A program made the position numbers and the translations under genes. A stretch of DNA of 45,839 nt, from NCBI GenBank assembly GCA_049294475.1, contig JBAQCV010000043.1, positions 1 to 45,839 on the forward strand, in the 5' to 3' direction. Under the pieces are notes generated by a model that did not search any database, was not told where the DNA came from, and saw only the letters and a program-made list of their open reading frames with translations. The DNA is from Candidatus Moraniibacteriota bacterium (GTDB lineage Bacteria; Patescibacteriota; Minisyncoccia; Moranbacterales; UBA1568). Numbering within the stretch: position 1 is the stretch's first letter; each line of letters opens with the position of its first letter. Of this stretch, positions 17,775 through 28,340 are shown piece by piece.

Positions 17775-18335
17775 TTAGAAGTTCAGGTGCATCTTGGAGG
17801 CTTCGGGCTTGGTATCGCCGAAATATTTGCTGTTGAGTCCTGCGGATCCGTACGGCTTGTCACATGGCGAGGAAAGATACTCGAACGCCATCTGGCCGAT
17901 CGGCATCTTATAATACAGCTTGATCGGCAGCCGACCGGCGTTGAAAAGTTCCAGCGTCATCTTGAGCGAATTGCCCGGATCGAGATATCCTGCCGTCGTA
18001 TGAATAATGAGCCCGAGTCGGCCGAGCGAGCTTTTGCCTTCGAGACGGCCTACAAGCCTGTCCGAAACGCCCGTCTCTTCGAAGATGAGCCCCAATGCAA
18101 ACTCTCCCGGATGCAGTACGAAGGGCTCATCGCCCTTGATCTCTACCGATTTCATCAGGTTTTTGGCTGGAAATTTCGGATCGATGACGAAATTCTTCGT
18201 CGTATCAAATATCAGAAAATGACGGTCGAGATGCAGATCGATACTCGCCGGCTGCAGGTGCTCGCGTTTGAACGGCTTGAGTATTATTTCTCCGGCCTTG
18301 ATTTCCTTGATGATGTCGCGATCCGAAAGAATCAT
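17775..18335 (-). CDS. dcd: dCTP deaminase
   Basis: MILSDRDI...ASIDLHL...GRLEGKSSLGRLGL..H.TAG..DPG is the Dcd/dUTPase-fold signature. Confidence 0.92.
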   Translation of the reverse strand: MILSDRDIIKEIKAGEIILKPFKREHLQPASIDLHLDRHFLIFDTTKNFVIDPKFPAKNLMKSVEIKGDEPFVLHPGEFALGLIFEETGVSDRLVGRLEGKSSLGRLGLIIHTTAGYLDPGNSLKMTLELFNAGRLPIKLYYKMPIGQMAFEYLSSPCDKPYGSAGLNSKYFGDTKPEASKMHLNF

Positions 18336-18388
18336 ACGCGTATATTACATTTTAACAAAGCAGACCCGAGAGGGCCTGCCGTTCACAA

Positions 18389-19078
18389 TCAGATTTTCAT
18401 CGTGAGACTCGGACCCATCGTCGAGCAGACGGTGACGGACTTGATGAGTTTTCCTTTCATATTGTCCGGTTTCGCCTTGTTGATCGCTTCGCGCAGCGCC
18501 TGATAATTCTCCGCCAGCGCCTCGACTGTGAATGACAGCTTGCCGATGACCTGGTGCAGGTTGCCCGTATCATCATTCTTGAAACTGATCTTCTTGCCTT
18601 TCTTGAGCATTTCGACGGCCTCCTTGATCTTCGGCGTGACGGTTTCCGTTTTCGGGCTCGGCATCATGCCTTTCGGTCCGAGGATTTTCGCGACTGGCGC
18701 CAATTTCGGCATCATTTCCGGCGTCGCGAGCAGGATATCGAACGCTGTCCCTGGAACCACTTTGCCGTTCTTGATATCGGCGATCAGCTCTTCTCCTCCC
18801 ACGAGATCCGCTCCAGCATCCTTGGCCTCTTTTTCCTTGGTGCTGGTAACCACCGCTATCTTCTGCGAACGGCCGGTGCCCTGCGGCAGTATCACGGTCG
18901 CGCGCACCCCTTCATCGGACTTCTTCATATTGATGCCCAGACGCACATGCACTTCGACGGCCTCGTCGAATTTCGCCAGCTTGTTCTCCTTCAGAAATGC
19001 GAATGCCTCTTCCGGGGTATACTCTGTGCCCTCCTCCAACTTCGCTGCTACGTTGCGATAATTCTTTCCTCGCGACAT
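18389..19078 (-). CDS. rplA: 50S ribosomal protein L1
   Basis: From the internal ATG the product reads MSRGKNYRNVAAKLEEG..YTPEEA...FDEAVEVHVRLGI...LGPKGMMPSPK. Confidence 0.95.
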   Translation of the reverse strand: MSRGKNYRNVAAKLEEGTEYTPEEAFAFLKENKLAKFDEAVEVHVRLGINMKKSDEGVRATVILPQGTGRSQKIAVVTSTKEKEAKDAGADLVGGEELIADIKNGKVVPGTAFDILLATPEMMPKLAPVAKILGPKGMMPSPKTETVTPKIKEAVEMLKKGKKISFKNDDTGNLHQVIGKLSFTVEALAENYQALREAINKAKPDNMKGKLIKSVTVCSTMGPSLTMKI

Positions 19079-19136
19079 ATGTTTGATACGTGGTACGAAC
19101 GTCCGTACTGAAACAGACTCCCACACACTTAAAAAT

Positions 19137-19220
19137 GAATTATGAATAATGAATCAGGAATTATGTTAGGAAATCTTTTTTGTTTTTTTTCGTAATTCTT
19201 AATTCGTGATTCCCTATTCT
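19137..19220 (-). repeat. Heptamer-built inverted repeat in the rplK-rplA spacer
   Basis: GAATTAT GAATAAT GAATCAG GAATTAT (19137-19164) faces TAATTCT TAATTCG TGATTCC CTATTCT (19193-19220) across an A/T loop. Confidence 0.7.
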
Positions 19221-19639
19221 TGCACCCGGATCCCCATCGAGTGCGCTGAACCTTCGATGATCTTCATCGCGGCCTCCACATCATTGGCATTCAGGTCCGG
19301 CATCTTCTTCTCTGCGATCTCGCGTATCTGCGCCTTCGTCACGGTACCCGCCTTGTCCTTGAGCGGATTCGCCGCACCGCTCTCTATTTTCGCGGCTTTC
19401 TTCAGAAGATCGGAGGCAGGAGACGTCTTGAGTACGAATGCGAAAGTACGGTCCTCATACACGGTGATTTCCGCCGGGACGACATCGCCCATGCGATCCT
19501 TCGTCGCCTCGTTGAATTTCATGCAGAAATCCTGGATATTCAAACCATGCTGGCCGAGCGCCGGGCCGACCGGAGGAGCCGGGTTCGCTTTGCCCGCGGG
19601 AATCTGAAGCTTGATGACCGTCTTGATTGTCTTCGCCAT
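19214..19639 (-). CDS. rplK: 50S ribosomal protein L11
   Basis: [39 protein letters not shown] is canonical L11. Confidence 0.97.
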   Translation of the reverse strand: MAKTIKTVIKLQIPAGKANPAPPVGPALGQHGLNIQDFCMKFNEATKDRMGDVVPAEITVYEDRTFAFVLKTSPASDLLKKAAKIESGAANPLKDKAGTVTKAQIREIAEKKMPDLNANDVEAAMKIIEGSAHSMGIRVQE

Positions 19640-19660
19640 ATTTCTTATACTTACAAAAAT

Positions 19661-20206
19661 TTACGCTTTCCGTACCTGGAGGAAATCAAGCTCTACCGGC
19701 GTCTCGCGTCCGAAAATCGATACGAATACCTTGACCTTGCCTTTTTCTTCGTCGACTTCCTGTATCTTGCCGTCGAAATCCTTGAACGGGCCGTCGGTAA
19801 TCTTGACGGCATCTCCCACGCGTACGTCGATCTTGTATTTCGGCTCAGCGACACCCATGCGCTTCTTCAGGGTTTCGATTTCCTTCGTATCGATCGGGGT
19901 CGGCGTCGTGCCCAGGCCGATGAAACCGGTGACGTTCGGCGTATTGCGCACCACATACCACGAAGCATCCGTCACCACCATATCTACCAGCACATACCCC
20001 GGATAGATGCGTTCCTCGACGACCACGCGCTTGCCGCCCTTGATCTTGATCTTCTTTTCCTTCGGCACGAGAACATCGAAAATGAGCTCCTGCATATCCA
20101 TGGATTCGATCCGCTGCTTCAGGTTGCGGGAAACGTTGTCTTCATACCCGGAATAGGTGTGGAGCACGTACCAAGCGCGTCCGTGATGCTGTGTCTGCTT
20201 TGCCAT
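19661..20206 (-). CDS. nusG: Transcription elongation/antitermination factor NusG
   Basis: WYVLHTYSGYEDNV, the NGN domain and the C-terminal KOW (VGDAVKITDGPFKDFDGKIQEVD) are present. Confidence 0.95.
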   Translation of the reverse strand: MAKQTQHHGRAWYVLHTYSGYEDNVSRNLKQRIESMDMQELIFDVLVPKEKKIKIKGGKRVVVEERIYPGYVLVDMVVTDASWYVVRNTPNVTGFIGLGTTPTPIDTKEIETLKKRMGVAEPKYKIDVRVGDAVKITDGPFKDFDGKIQEVDEEKGKVKVFVSIFGRETPVELDFLQVRKA

Positions 20207-20253
20207 AATCTAATATAATGTTGTCGGAGTAACAGTCAGAACGCTCCTGTGAG

Positions 20254-20439
20254 TTATCGTATGAGAAACCGCTCAACCAGAGAACTGAACAAGAAGTCCA
20301 GGCTTCCGAGAAACAGCGAGACCGCGAGGCTGATCGCGATGACCAACAGCGTATAGCGGATGAGCTGCTTGCGTGTCGGCCAATTGACACGGGAGAGCTC
20401 GACTTTGGCCTCAGCGAGAAACGTGAATGCTTTGTTCAT
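20254..20439 (-). CDS. secE: Preprotein translocase subunit SecE
   Basis: The 61-aa product has E.K.EL.RV.WPTRKQ followed by a single TM helix. It sits directly upstream of nusG. Confidence 0.85.
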   Translation of the reverse strand: MNKAFTFLAEAKVELSRVNWPTRKQLIRYTLLVIAISLAVSLFLGSLDFLFSSLVERFLIR

Positions 20440-20460
20440 AAGCTGCCGGACTTTTCCTCT

Positions 20461-20483
20461 TAAAAAAAGCCCCGAGGGCTTTG
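20461..20483 (-). terminator. Putative intrinsic terminator after the gatCA-hypothetical operon
   Basis: Stem AAAGCCC (20466-20472) / GGGCTTT (20476-20482) has a 3-nt loop. On the minus strand the stem runs into a T-tract (A-run 20462-20468). Confidence 0.45.
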
Positions 20484-20545
20484 TATGGGAAAGATACCAG
20501 AAAAAAATACTCTTGTCAATCGGCCATCAGAAACCATCCTGCCTC

Positions 20546-21076
20546 TCAAAAAAGCTCCACTTCAGTGAAGAATGCATGGTAGGCATCGAGGCACTTTTCG
20601 GCTTCTTCGCGGGAAATGGCGAAGTCGGCCTCATGGACGATGCGATTGCGGATGAGATGGGCTTCAACGAGCCGCTGTTTCGTCTCGAGCTGACCGTCAT
20701 GGATATTCCCCAGTTTGTCTCCCATCGTGGTGCCCTTGTACCCGATTCCAGTGAGAATCTCATCCGCGAAGGCGTCTGCTTCCAGCACTGCTACCTTGTA
20801 CTGCGACGGATTGGCATCCTTGAGGCGCGTCCTGATTTTTTCCCAGCGACTGATCACCGTGGAGCGCGCAAGGAGCGGCCGTTCGCTACCGAAGAGCGCT
20901 TTCTTGAGGTCTGCGGAAACACCCCTCAATACGAGCAGGATAATGATATCGACGAGCACGACGACGACATACACGAAGAGAAAAAATTTCAGCGCCGCGA
21001 TAAAGAATGAATCCGCGAAGAATCGGGAGGCGCTCTGCGAGATGCCATACAGCACACTGAAGATATCGATGTTCAT
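20546..21076 (-). CDS. Hypothetical membrane-anchored protein
   Basis: The 176-aa product has one strongly hydrophobic N-terminal segment (FFIAALKFFLFVYVVVVLVDIIILLVL) and then a helical soluble domain. It is tightly packed after gatA. I recognised no family. Confidence 0.6.
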   Translation of the reverse strand: MNIDIFSVLYGISQSASRFFADSFFIAALKFFLFVYVVVVLVDIIILLVLRGVSADLKKALFGSERPLLARSTVISRWEKIRTRLKDANPSQYKVAVLEADAFADEILTGIGYKGTTMGDKLGNIHDGQLETKQRLVEAHLIRNRIVHEADFAISREEAEKCLDAYHAFFTEVELF

Positions 21077-21081
21077 ATTTT

Positions 21082-22557
21082 TTAGGAAGTCTGTGTATTA
21101 TCATGAGGGACAAGCACGCGTTCGATGGCGTCTGCTGCACGGAGCAGCGTCTCCTCATCGAACCATCGGCCCATCAGTTGTCCGCCGAGCGGCAATGCCT
21201 TGCCATCCGTCCCGACCGTACCCATAGGGAACGAAAGCGCCGGAACACCGGCAAGATTGGCAGTCACCGTATAGATATCCGAGAGATACATCTTGAGCGG
21301 ATCATCGCTTTTTTCTCCGAACCGGAACGCGGGTTCCGGAGTCGTCGGAGAAAAAATAAGGTCTGCCTGTTTGAACGCCTCTTCGAAATCACGCCTGATG
21401 AGCGTCCGCACCTTCTGCGCCTTCTTGTAATAGGCGTCATAATACCCCGCCGAGAGCGCATACGTGCCCAGCATGATGCGCCGCTTCACTTCCGCTCCGA
21501 AACCGTGCCGGCGCGTATCCAGATATGTTTCCAGGAGCCCGCCTGTTTCACGCATCGAATCTTTCTTATCATTGATGGAGAGACCGTACTTGATGCCGTC
21601 AAAACGAGCGAGATTGGAACTGACCTCGCAGGGCATGATGATATAGTATGCCGGCAAGGCATATCGACTGTGCGGCAGAGAAATCTCCTGGATAATCGCT
21701 CCCAGTGCCTTGAATTGTTCCAGCGTCTTGTCAGTAACGGCACGCACACGCGGATCCAGAGTGTCAGAAAAATATTCTTTGGGCATACCGATCGTCAATC
21801 CTTCGATATCGCCGGTCAGATAATCTTCAAAGAGCTTGCCATTGCCGCCGTGTGCCGTCGTCGCATCCTTCGGATCGGAACCGGCTATGCGGGAAAAAAC
21901 GATGGCGACATCCTCTACCGTCTTTCCGAACGGACCGATCTGATCCAGGCTCGATGCCATCGCTATCAGACCCGATCGTGATACGCGGCCATACGTCGGC
22001 TTCAGCCCCACGACGCCGCAAAACGATGCCGGCTGACGGATAGAGCCCCCCGTATCGGAACCGAGCGACCACACCGCCTCTCCAGCGGCCACGGCCGCCG
22101 CCGACCCCCCGGAAGATCCTCCCGGGACACGGCTGCTATCGACAGGGTTTTTCGTCTTTTGATAGGCACTGGACTCAGTGGAAGACCCCATGGCAAATTC
22201 ATCCATATTGGTCTTTCCGAGCATGACCGCTCCGTTGGTCTTCAGTCGTTCGATGACGGTCGCATCATACGGCGCGATATAGTTGTCGAGCATCTTCGAA
22301 CCGGCCGTCGCCCGTACACCCTGTACGCAGATGTTGTCTTTGACAGCTCCCGGAATGCCCGCGAGCAGATCGATATCCTCGCCGCGCTTCAGCTGCTCGT
22401 CGACAAAAGCGGCTTCTTTGAGAGCGCTCTCGCCGAGTACCGTCAGATATGCGCCTATCTCGCCATCCTTCTCTTCGATAGCTGCGAGATGCTGCTCCGC
22501 AAGCGCCGTAGCCGTCACCTCGCCTGAGACCAGTTTGTCATGCAATTCGCGGATCAT
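21082..22557 (-). CDS. gatA: Glu-tRNA(Gln) amidotransferase subunit A
   Basis: The amidase signature GGSSGGSAAAVAAG, DTGGSIRQPASFCG is present. Confidence 0.97.
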   Translation of the reverse strand: MIRELHDKLVSGEVTATALAEQHLAAIEEKDGEIGAYLTVLGESALKEAAFVDEQLKRGEDIDLLAGIPGAVKDNICVQGVRATAGSKMLDNYIAPYDATVIERLKTNGAVMLGKTNMDEFAMGSSTESSAYQKTKNPVDSSRVPGGSSGGSAAAVAAGEAVWSLGSDTGGSIRQPASFCGVVGLKPTYGRVSRSGLIAMASSLDQIGPFGKTVEDVAIVFSRIAGSDPKDATTAHGGNGKLFEDYLTGDIEGLTIGMPKEYFSDTLDPRVRAVTDKTLEQFKALGAIIQEISLPHSRYALPAYYIIMPCEVSSNLARFDGIKYGLSINDKKDSMRETGGLLETYLDTRRHGFGAEVKRRIMLGTYALSAGYYDAYYKKAQKVRTLIRRDFEEAFKQADLIFSPTTPEPAFRFGEKSDDPLKMYLSDIYTVTANLAGVPALSFPMGTVGTDGKALPLGGQLMGRWFDEETLLRAADAIERVLVPHDNTQTS

Positions 22558-22564
22558 ACATTCA

Positions 22565-22852
22565 CTAAAATACCGATTTTACCTTCAAAAATCCGTCCTT
22601 GGCATCCGGAAAGTTCTCCCTGATCATCTCCTGCCCGGAAACGACGAAATCCTCCGCGCGATCCGTACGCGCCACATCAGTCATGCCGGTAATATGTCCG
22701 ATCGGCAGAATGCCCTCCGTAACAGCCGTCTCGAGCTCACGGAAAAAATCAAGTACGGCAGACAAATCCTTCTGAGATTTTTCTATTTCGTCTTCTGTGA
22801 TCCCGATACGGGCCAGAAGGGCTATATGTTTTACTTCTTCCGTTGTCAACAT
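22565..22852 (-). CDS. gatC: Asp/Glu-tRNA amidotransferase subunit C
   Basis: The 95-aa product reads EEVKHIALLARIGITEDEIE....L..VLDFF..L and lies immediately upstream of gatA. Confidence 0.9.
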   Translation of the reverse strand: MLTTEEVKHIALLARIGITEDEIEKSQKDLSAVLDFFRELETAVTEGILPIGHITGMTDVARTDRAEDFVVSGQEMIRENFPDAKDGFLKVKSVF

Positions 22853-22860
22853 AATAAATA

Positions 22861-22972
22861 AATGTCAAAATCCCAATGTCAAATATCAAATCAAATCCAA
22901 AATACAAATGCTTTAATTTTGACATCGGAGCCTTGAGCTTGATTTGGCATTTGTAATTTGAGCTTTGACATT

Positions 22973-22973
<1 letters not shown>
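22861..22973 (-). repeat. AT-rich inverted-repeat leader element, copy upstream of gatC
   Basis: AATGTCAAA occurs at 22861-22869 and 22875-22883. TTTGACATT occurs at 22964-22972, with TTTGACATC at 22918-22926. AAATGCCAAAT (reverse complement) lies within 22941-22953. The element abuts the ligA stop. Confidence 0.7.
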
Positions 22974-25069
<2,096 letters not shown>

Positions 25070-25111
25070 TTATATCACCCTTCCCGTCTCTTAAAAAGGC
25101 TTCAAGAAAAG

Positions 25112-25140
25112 CAAAAAAGGCTCCTCCGGAATGAGCCTTC
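25112..25140 (-). terminator. Putative intrinsic terminator ending the pilus operon
   Basis: Perfect 7-bp stem AAGGCTC (25117-25123) / GAGCCTT (25133-25139). On the minus strand it is followed by TTTTT. Confidence 0.5.
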
Positions 25141-25165
25141 CTGAAAAAACATTCGCCCAAAACCG

Positions 25166-25750
25166 TCAGGGATTGAGATTGAGCAGGCCGACATACCCGT
25201 AATCCCGCAGGGATGCGGAAGTCTGGATACGGGCCTGATGCGCGCTCCCTTCTCCGATTTCCAATGAAATGGTGACTTTCCCGACCGTTCCACCTGTCGG
25301 AGGCGTCCCCGATGCAGGTTCGGAAAGCGTCACGAAGAATCTCCCGCTGAGAATTCCGCTCGCGATTGTCGTGAAGGATGACAGATTCGAAGAGTCGCAT
25401 GCGCTGGCATCCGATGGGGCGCCACTGCTCGCTACCTGCAGATTGCCGCCGGAAACCCGGTACTGAAAACAGGTTGATTGGGAATAATCATAGAATTTGA
25501 CGGTGGATTGGCTTCCCGAGGAGCTCACGACGGTACTCGTACGCAATTCCTTGGCGATAGTATTGATGGCGAATTGGGCGGTCTCCAGGTCACGCTGAGC
25601 GGCTTTCGCATCGCGGTACCCGGAAAAAGCCGCGCTGAAGATCTGCGATACCGCTACTATCAGGATGACAAAAAGAAACATCGCGATCATCATCTCGATC
25701 AGGGTGAAACCGCTCCCATGCTTTCTATGAATAGTATCTGGTAACAACAT
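25166..25750 (-). CDS. Prepilin-type minor pilin / pseudopilin
   Basis: The N-terminal class III signal is ...HGSG/FTLIEMMIAMFLFVILIVAV. Confidence 0.75.
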   Translation of the reverse strand: MLLPDTIHRKHGSGFTLIEMMIAMFLFVILIVAVSQIFSAAFSGYRDAKAAQRDLETAQFAINTIAKELRTSTVVSSSGSQSTVKFYDYSQSTCFQYRVSGGNLQVASSGAPSDASACDSSNLSSFTTIASGILSGRFFVTLSEPASGTPPTGGTVGKVTISLEIGEGSAHQARIQTSASLRDYGYVGLLNLNP

Positions 25751-25753
25751 AAT

Positions 25754-26335
25754 TTATTTCCAACTCGTCAGCTTGATTTCCGTGAAAACGCATTTTGTGG
25801 CGACGGTGCACTGTGCGGCGCTGCCATTGCTCGGTAGCGTGAACAGCCCTCCCCAATACACGAAGCTGCGCACGAGAGCATTTTCCTTGTCTGGCGTGTC
25901 ATCATAATCGATATACATATAGCGCGAGAAACGCCCTGAACCGCTATGTTCATAAAAACCATTGTTGTATCCAAGGGCATACTGCGACGCAGACCCCGGA
26001 GAACCGGCGCAATCCGGACTATTCGCAGCGTCATTGTAATCGATACGGCAATGTTTGGCGCTGGAAAAATCAGCGAACCCGCTGCCTCCGGCGGCGAAGT
26101 CATTGTCCCGTATGTTGCGCACGAGCTCCACTCCTTCCTGTGCCAGTCCGACGGCGATGATCGTATCGCGGGTTTCGAAGGAATGCTTCAGGCTGTTCCC
26201 GATCAGCGCGACAACCGCCGTCAGTCCTATGACCAATACGAACGCGGCAAGCATCGCTTCCGCTATCGAGAAGCCTCGCAGCGTTTCGGAAAACGGCTGT
26301 TTCTTCGTATGCAACATAGGGAAAATTACGGACAT
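25754..26335 (-). CDS. Prepilin-type minor pilin (PilV-like)
   Basis: ...TLRG/FSIAEAMLAAFVLVIGLTAVVAL has Glu at +5 and a hydrophobic helix. Confidence 0.7.
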   Translation of the reverse strand: MSVIFPMLHTKKQPFSETLRGFSIAEAMLAAFVLVIGLTAVVALIGNSLKHSFETRDTIIAVGLAQEGVELVRNIRDNDFAAGGSGFADFSSAKHCRIDYNDAANSPDCAGSPGSASQYALGYNNGFYEHSGSGRFSRYMYIDYDDTPDKENALVRSFVYWGGLFTLPSNGSAAQCTVATKCVFTEIKLTSWK

Positions 26336-26826
26336 ATGGTTCCCGCCTGATCGGATATCTTTCCTGCGTCACTGACACATACGGAATGGCGGCTTGTCAG
26401 CTTCTGGAAATTCACCTGCTGTGCACTGGTATTGGCCCAGGGCAACGCGAAAGCGACAATCCCCTGGTTGGCAAACGTCACTCCGTATTTGAGGGTGTGC
26501 GTACGCGTAGCGATAGGTGTCGGTGTCGCCGTACAGTTTTCCGATCCATTCTTATAGGTGTATTCCAGCGCATACGCCGAGGCGCTCCAGCGCACATAAA
26601 ACGCACAGGCCGTATTTCCTGCTATCTGTTTGCCAGTCAAGGCATAATTCTGCGCCTCTCTGACGACGCTGGCGAATTCACGGGCATTGGTCTCGAGCTC
26701 TCTCTGTACGCGCCCCTTGCCGAGCGATGCGATCACCACGCCGGTCAAGATGCTTATGATGGCGATGACTACCATCACCTCGATCAGGGTGAAAGCGCGC
26801 GGATTGTTTTTTGTATATTGCGGCAT
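26326..26826 (-). CDS. Prepilin-type minor pilin (GspH/FimT-like)
   Basis: MPQYTKNNPRA/FTLIEVMVVIAIISILTGVVIASL. The gene overlaps the next gene by 10 nt. Confidence 0.75.
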   Translation of the reverse strand: MPQYTKNNPRAFTLIEVMVVIAIISILTGVVIASLGKGRVQRELETNAREFASVVREAQNYALTGKQIAGNTACAFYVRWSASAYALEYTYKNGSENCTATPTPIATRTHTLKYGVTFANQGIVAFALPWANTSAQQVNFQKLTSRHSVCVSDAGKISDQAGTICP

Positions 26827-26848
26827 ATGAGCCTATTCTAGCAGAAAA

Positions 26849-27733
26849 CTAGAGAATAAGGAACTGAAAAAACGAAGGAAAGGCCTCTGGTAAGAAAAGA
26901 GCCAGTATCGCTCCGGCGACGAGAAACGGCGCAAACGGTATCTGGCTTTTCATCCCCTTCTTCCCGCGTACGATGGCGATGCCGCCGACCAGCGCTCCGA
27001 GCCCGAATGAGAGCGTCAGCATCGGTAATATCATAGGCAGTCCGACTACCGATCCGACGACGAACCCGAGCCATACATCGCCCCAGCCCATCCAGGTTTC
27101 CCGGGACATCCAGACAAGCAGAAAGAAAAACCCGCAGACGATCGCCCCGCCCAAGAGTCCGTACCAGAGCCGAGAGGCGAAAAACGGTTCCGGAATAAGC
27201 AACAGAGCGCTTATGAGAAACACCCCTGTCAACAGAACGCTGATGATGATCATATTGAGCGGGATCTCCATATGCCGCAGATCATATGCGGAGGTGACGA
27301 TGAGGCAGCTGATGATACACAGAAGCCATGCGGTTTCGAGCCACGACGCCATATCGCCGAGGGAAAAGAAAAAGTATCCCGTGAGCACGAACAGCACGGC
27401 CGTCAACGATTCCAGTGCCGGGTACTGCCAGGAGATTTTCGTCTCGCAGTCGCGACAGGCACCGCGCAGCAATACGAAGCTGATAAGCGGGATATTGTCG
27501 TACCAGCGGATCTGATGCTGGCACTGGCGGCACAAAGATCGTCCGAGAAGCGTCTCGGCATCCTTGAGCCGGTATACCAGAACGTTGAGAAAACTCCCGA
27601 CGATAAGCCCGAAAATGAAGAAAGCGAATAGGAAAGCGGACATGCCGATGGTATGGTACATTGTTGTTTGAGAAAAAACGACACTCATCGGCCTCCTGTC
27701 ACTGATATGACCAAAACAGCCCGCATCGTACAC
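26849..27733 (-). CDS. pilD: Prepilin peptidase (A24 family, PilD)
   Basis: GSFLNVLVYRL, the Cys motif CRQCQHQIRWYDNIPLISF...CRDC, and GWGDVWL / polytopic TM segments are present. Confidence 0.9.
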   Translation of the reverse strand: MYDAGCFGHISDRRPMSVVFSQTTMYHTIGMSAFLFAFFIFGLIVGSFLNVLVYRLKDAETLLGRSLCRQCQHQIRWYDNIPLISFVLLRGACRDCETKISWQYPALESLTAVLFVLTGYFFFSLGDMASWLETAWLLCIISCLIVTSAYDLRHMEIPLNMIIISVLLTGVFLISALLLIPEPFFASRLWYGLLGGAIVCGFFFLLVWMSRETWMGWGDVWLGFVVGSVVGLPMILPMLTLSFGLGALVGGIAIVRGKKGMKSQIPFAPFLVAGAILALFLPEAFPSFFQFLIL

Positions 27734-27743
27734 CAGACAAACC

Positions 27744-28133
27744 CTACTGGCAACCAGCGGCAGTACCGCTGAATGTGACGCCAGTCCTGGTCGCCATCCC
27801 CACGCAGCCGTTCACGACCGATGAAGTCACCTGCAGATTGAAGGTATCGGCTCCCGTACCGCAATTCGTGGCGCCATTCTGAACGATCGAGAGATTTGGC
27901 GGCAGAGTGCCGATAGCTGCGATGAGAGCGCCGGGCGTGTTGTTGGTTACAGACCCGTCACATTCGAGAACCGCTTTGGTCTGGATGGCGTTCGATTGCG
28001 CTTTGAAGCCATTCACCATCGCTTTCTCCCTCGAGCGCGCAAGACTCACCAGCACTATCGCGACAAGAATACCGATAAGCGCGACAACTATCAGAAGCTC
28101 TATCAGGGTAAACCCTTTCGATGCGTGCGACAT
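27744..28133 (-). CDS. Type IV pilin paralog 2 (129 aa)
   Basis: [31 protein letters not shown]. Four Cys lie in the globular part. Confidence 0.85.
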   Translation of the reverse strand: MSHASKGFTLIELLIVVALIGILVAIVLVSLARSREKAMVNGFKAQSNAIQTKAVLECDGSVTNNTPGALIAAIGTLPPNLSIVQNGATNCGTGADTFNLQVTSSVVNGCVGMATRTGVTFSGTAAGCQ

Positions 28134-28261
28134 ACGTTGTTATTACCAAACGAAGCGAGCAAAACGAACGCTTGCTTTCGTATTTTCCTGCCCGCCTTCG
28201 GAGGGCGAGTGAGTGCCGGTAACATCAGGGTGAATACCGGTTATGTTTCATCCGCATATTC

Positions 28262-28290
28262 ATTATACATGATAAACGCCAAACAAACAA
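28262..28290 (-). promoter_or_regulatory. Putative promoter of pilin paralog 2
   Basis: Minus strand carries TTGTTT (28290-28285), a 17-nt spacer and TATAAT (28267-28262). This implies a leader of about 120 nt. Confidence 0.3.
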
Positions 28291-28321
28291 AATCCTCGAC
28301 GAAACGAGGATTTTGTTTTTG
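28281..28321 (-). terminator. Intrinsic terminator after pilin paralog 1
   Basis: Perfect 11-bp stem CAAAATCCTCG (28288-28298) / CGAGGATTTTG (28305-28315) with a 6-nt loop. T-rich tracts lie on both sides. Confidence 0.65.
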
Positions 28322-28340
28322 TACGGCTTCCCACAAAAAA

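Noticed and set aside
19137-19220. CRISPR-like array formed by the short repeats (also 7121-7148, 31383-31463, 4731-4840)
   Set aside because: The units are only 7-9 nt, are directly abutting or inverted, and have no unique spacers. No cas genes are present. They are not CRISPR.
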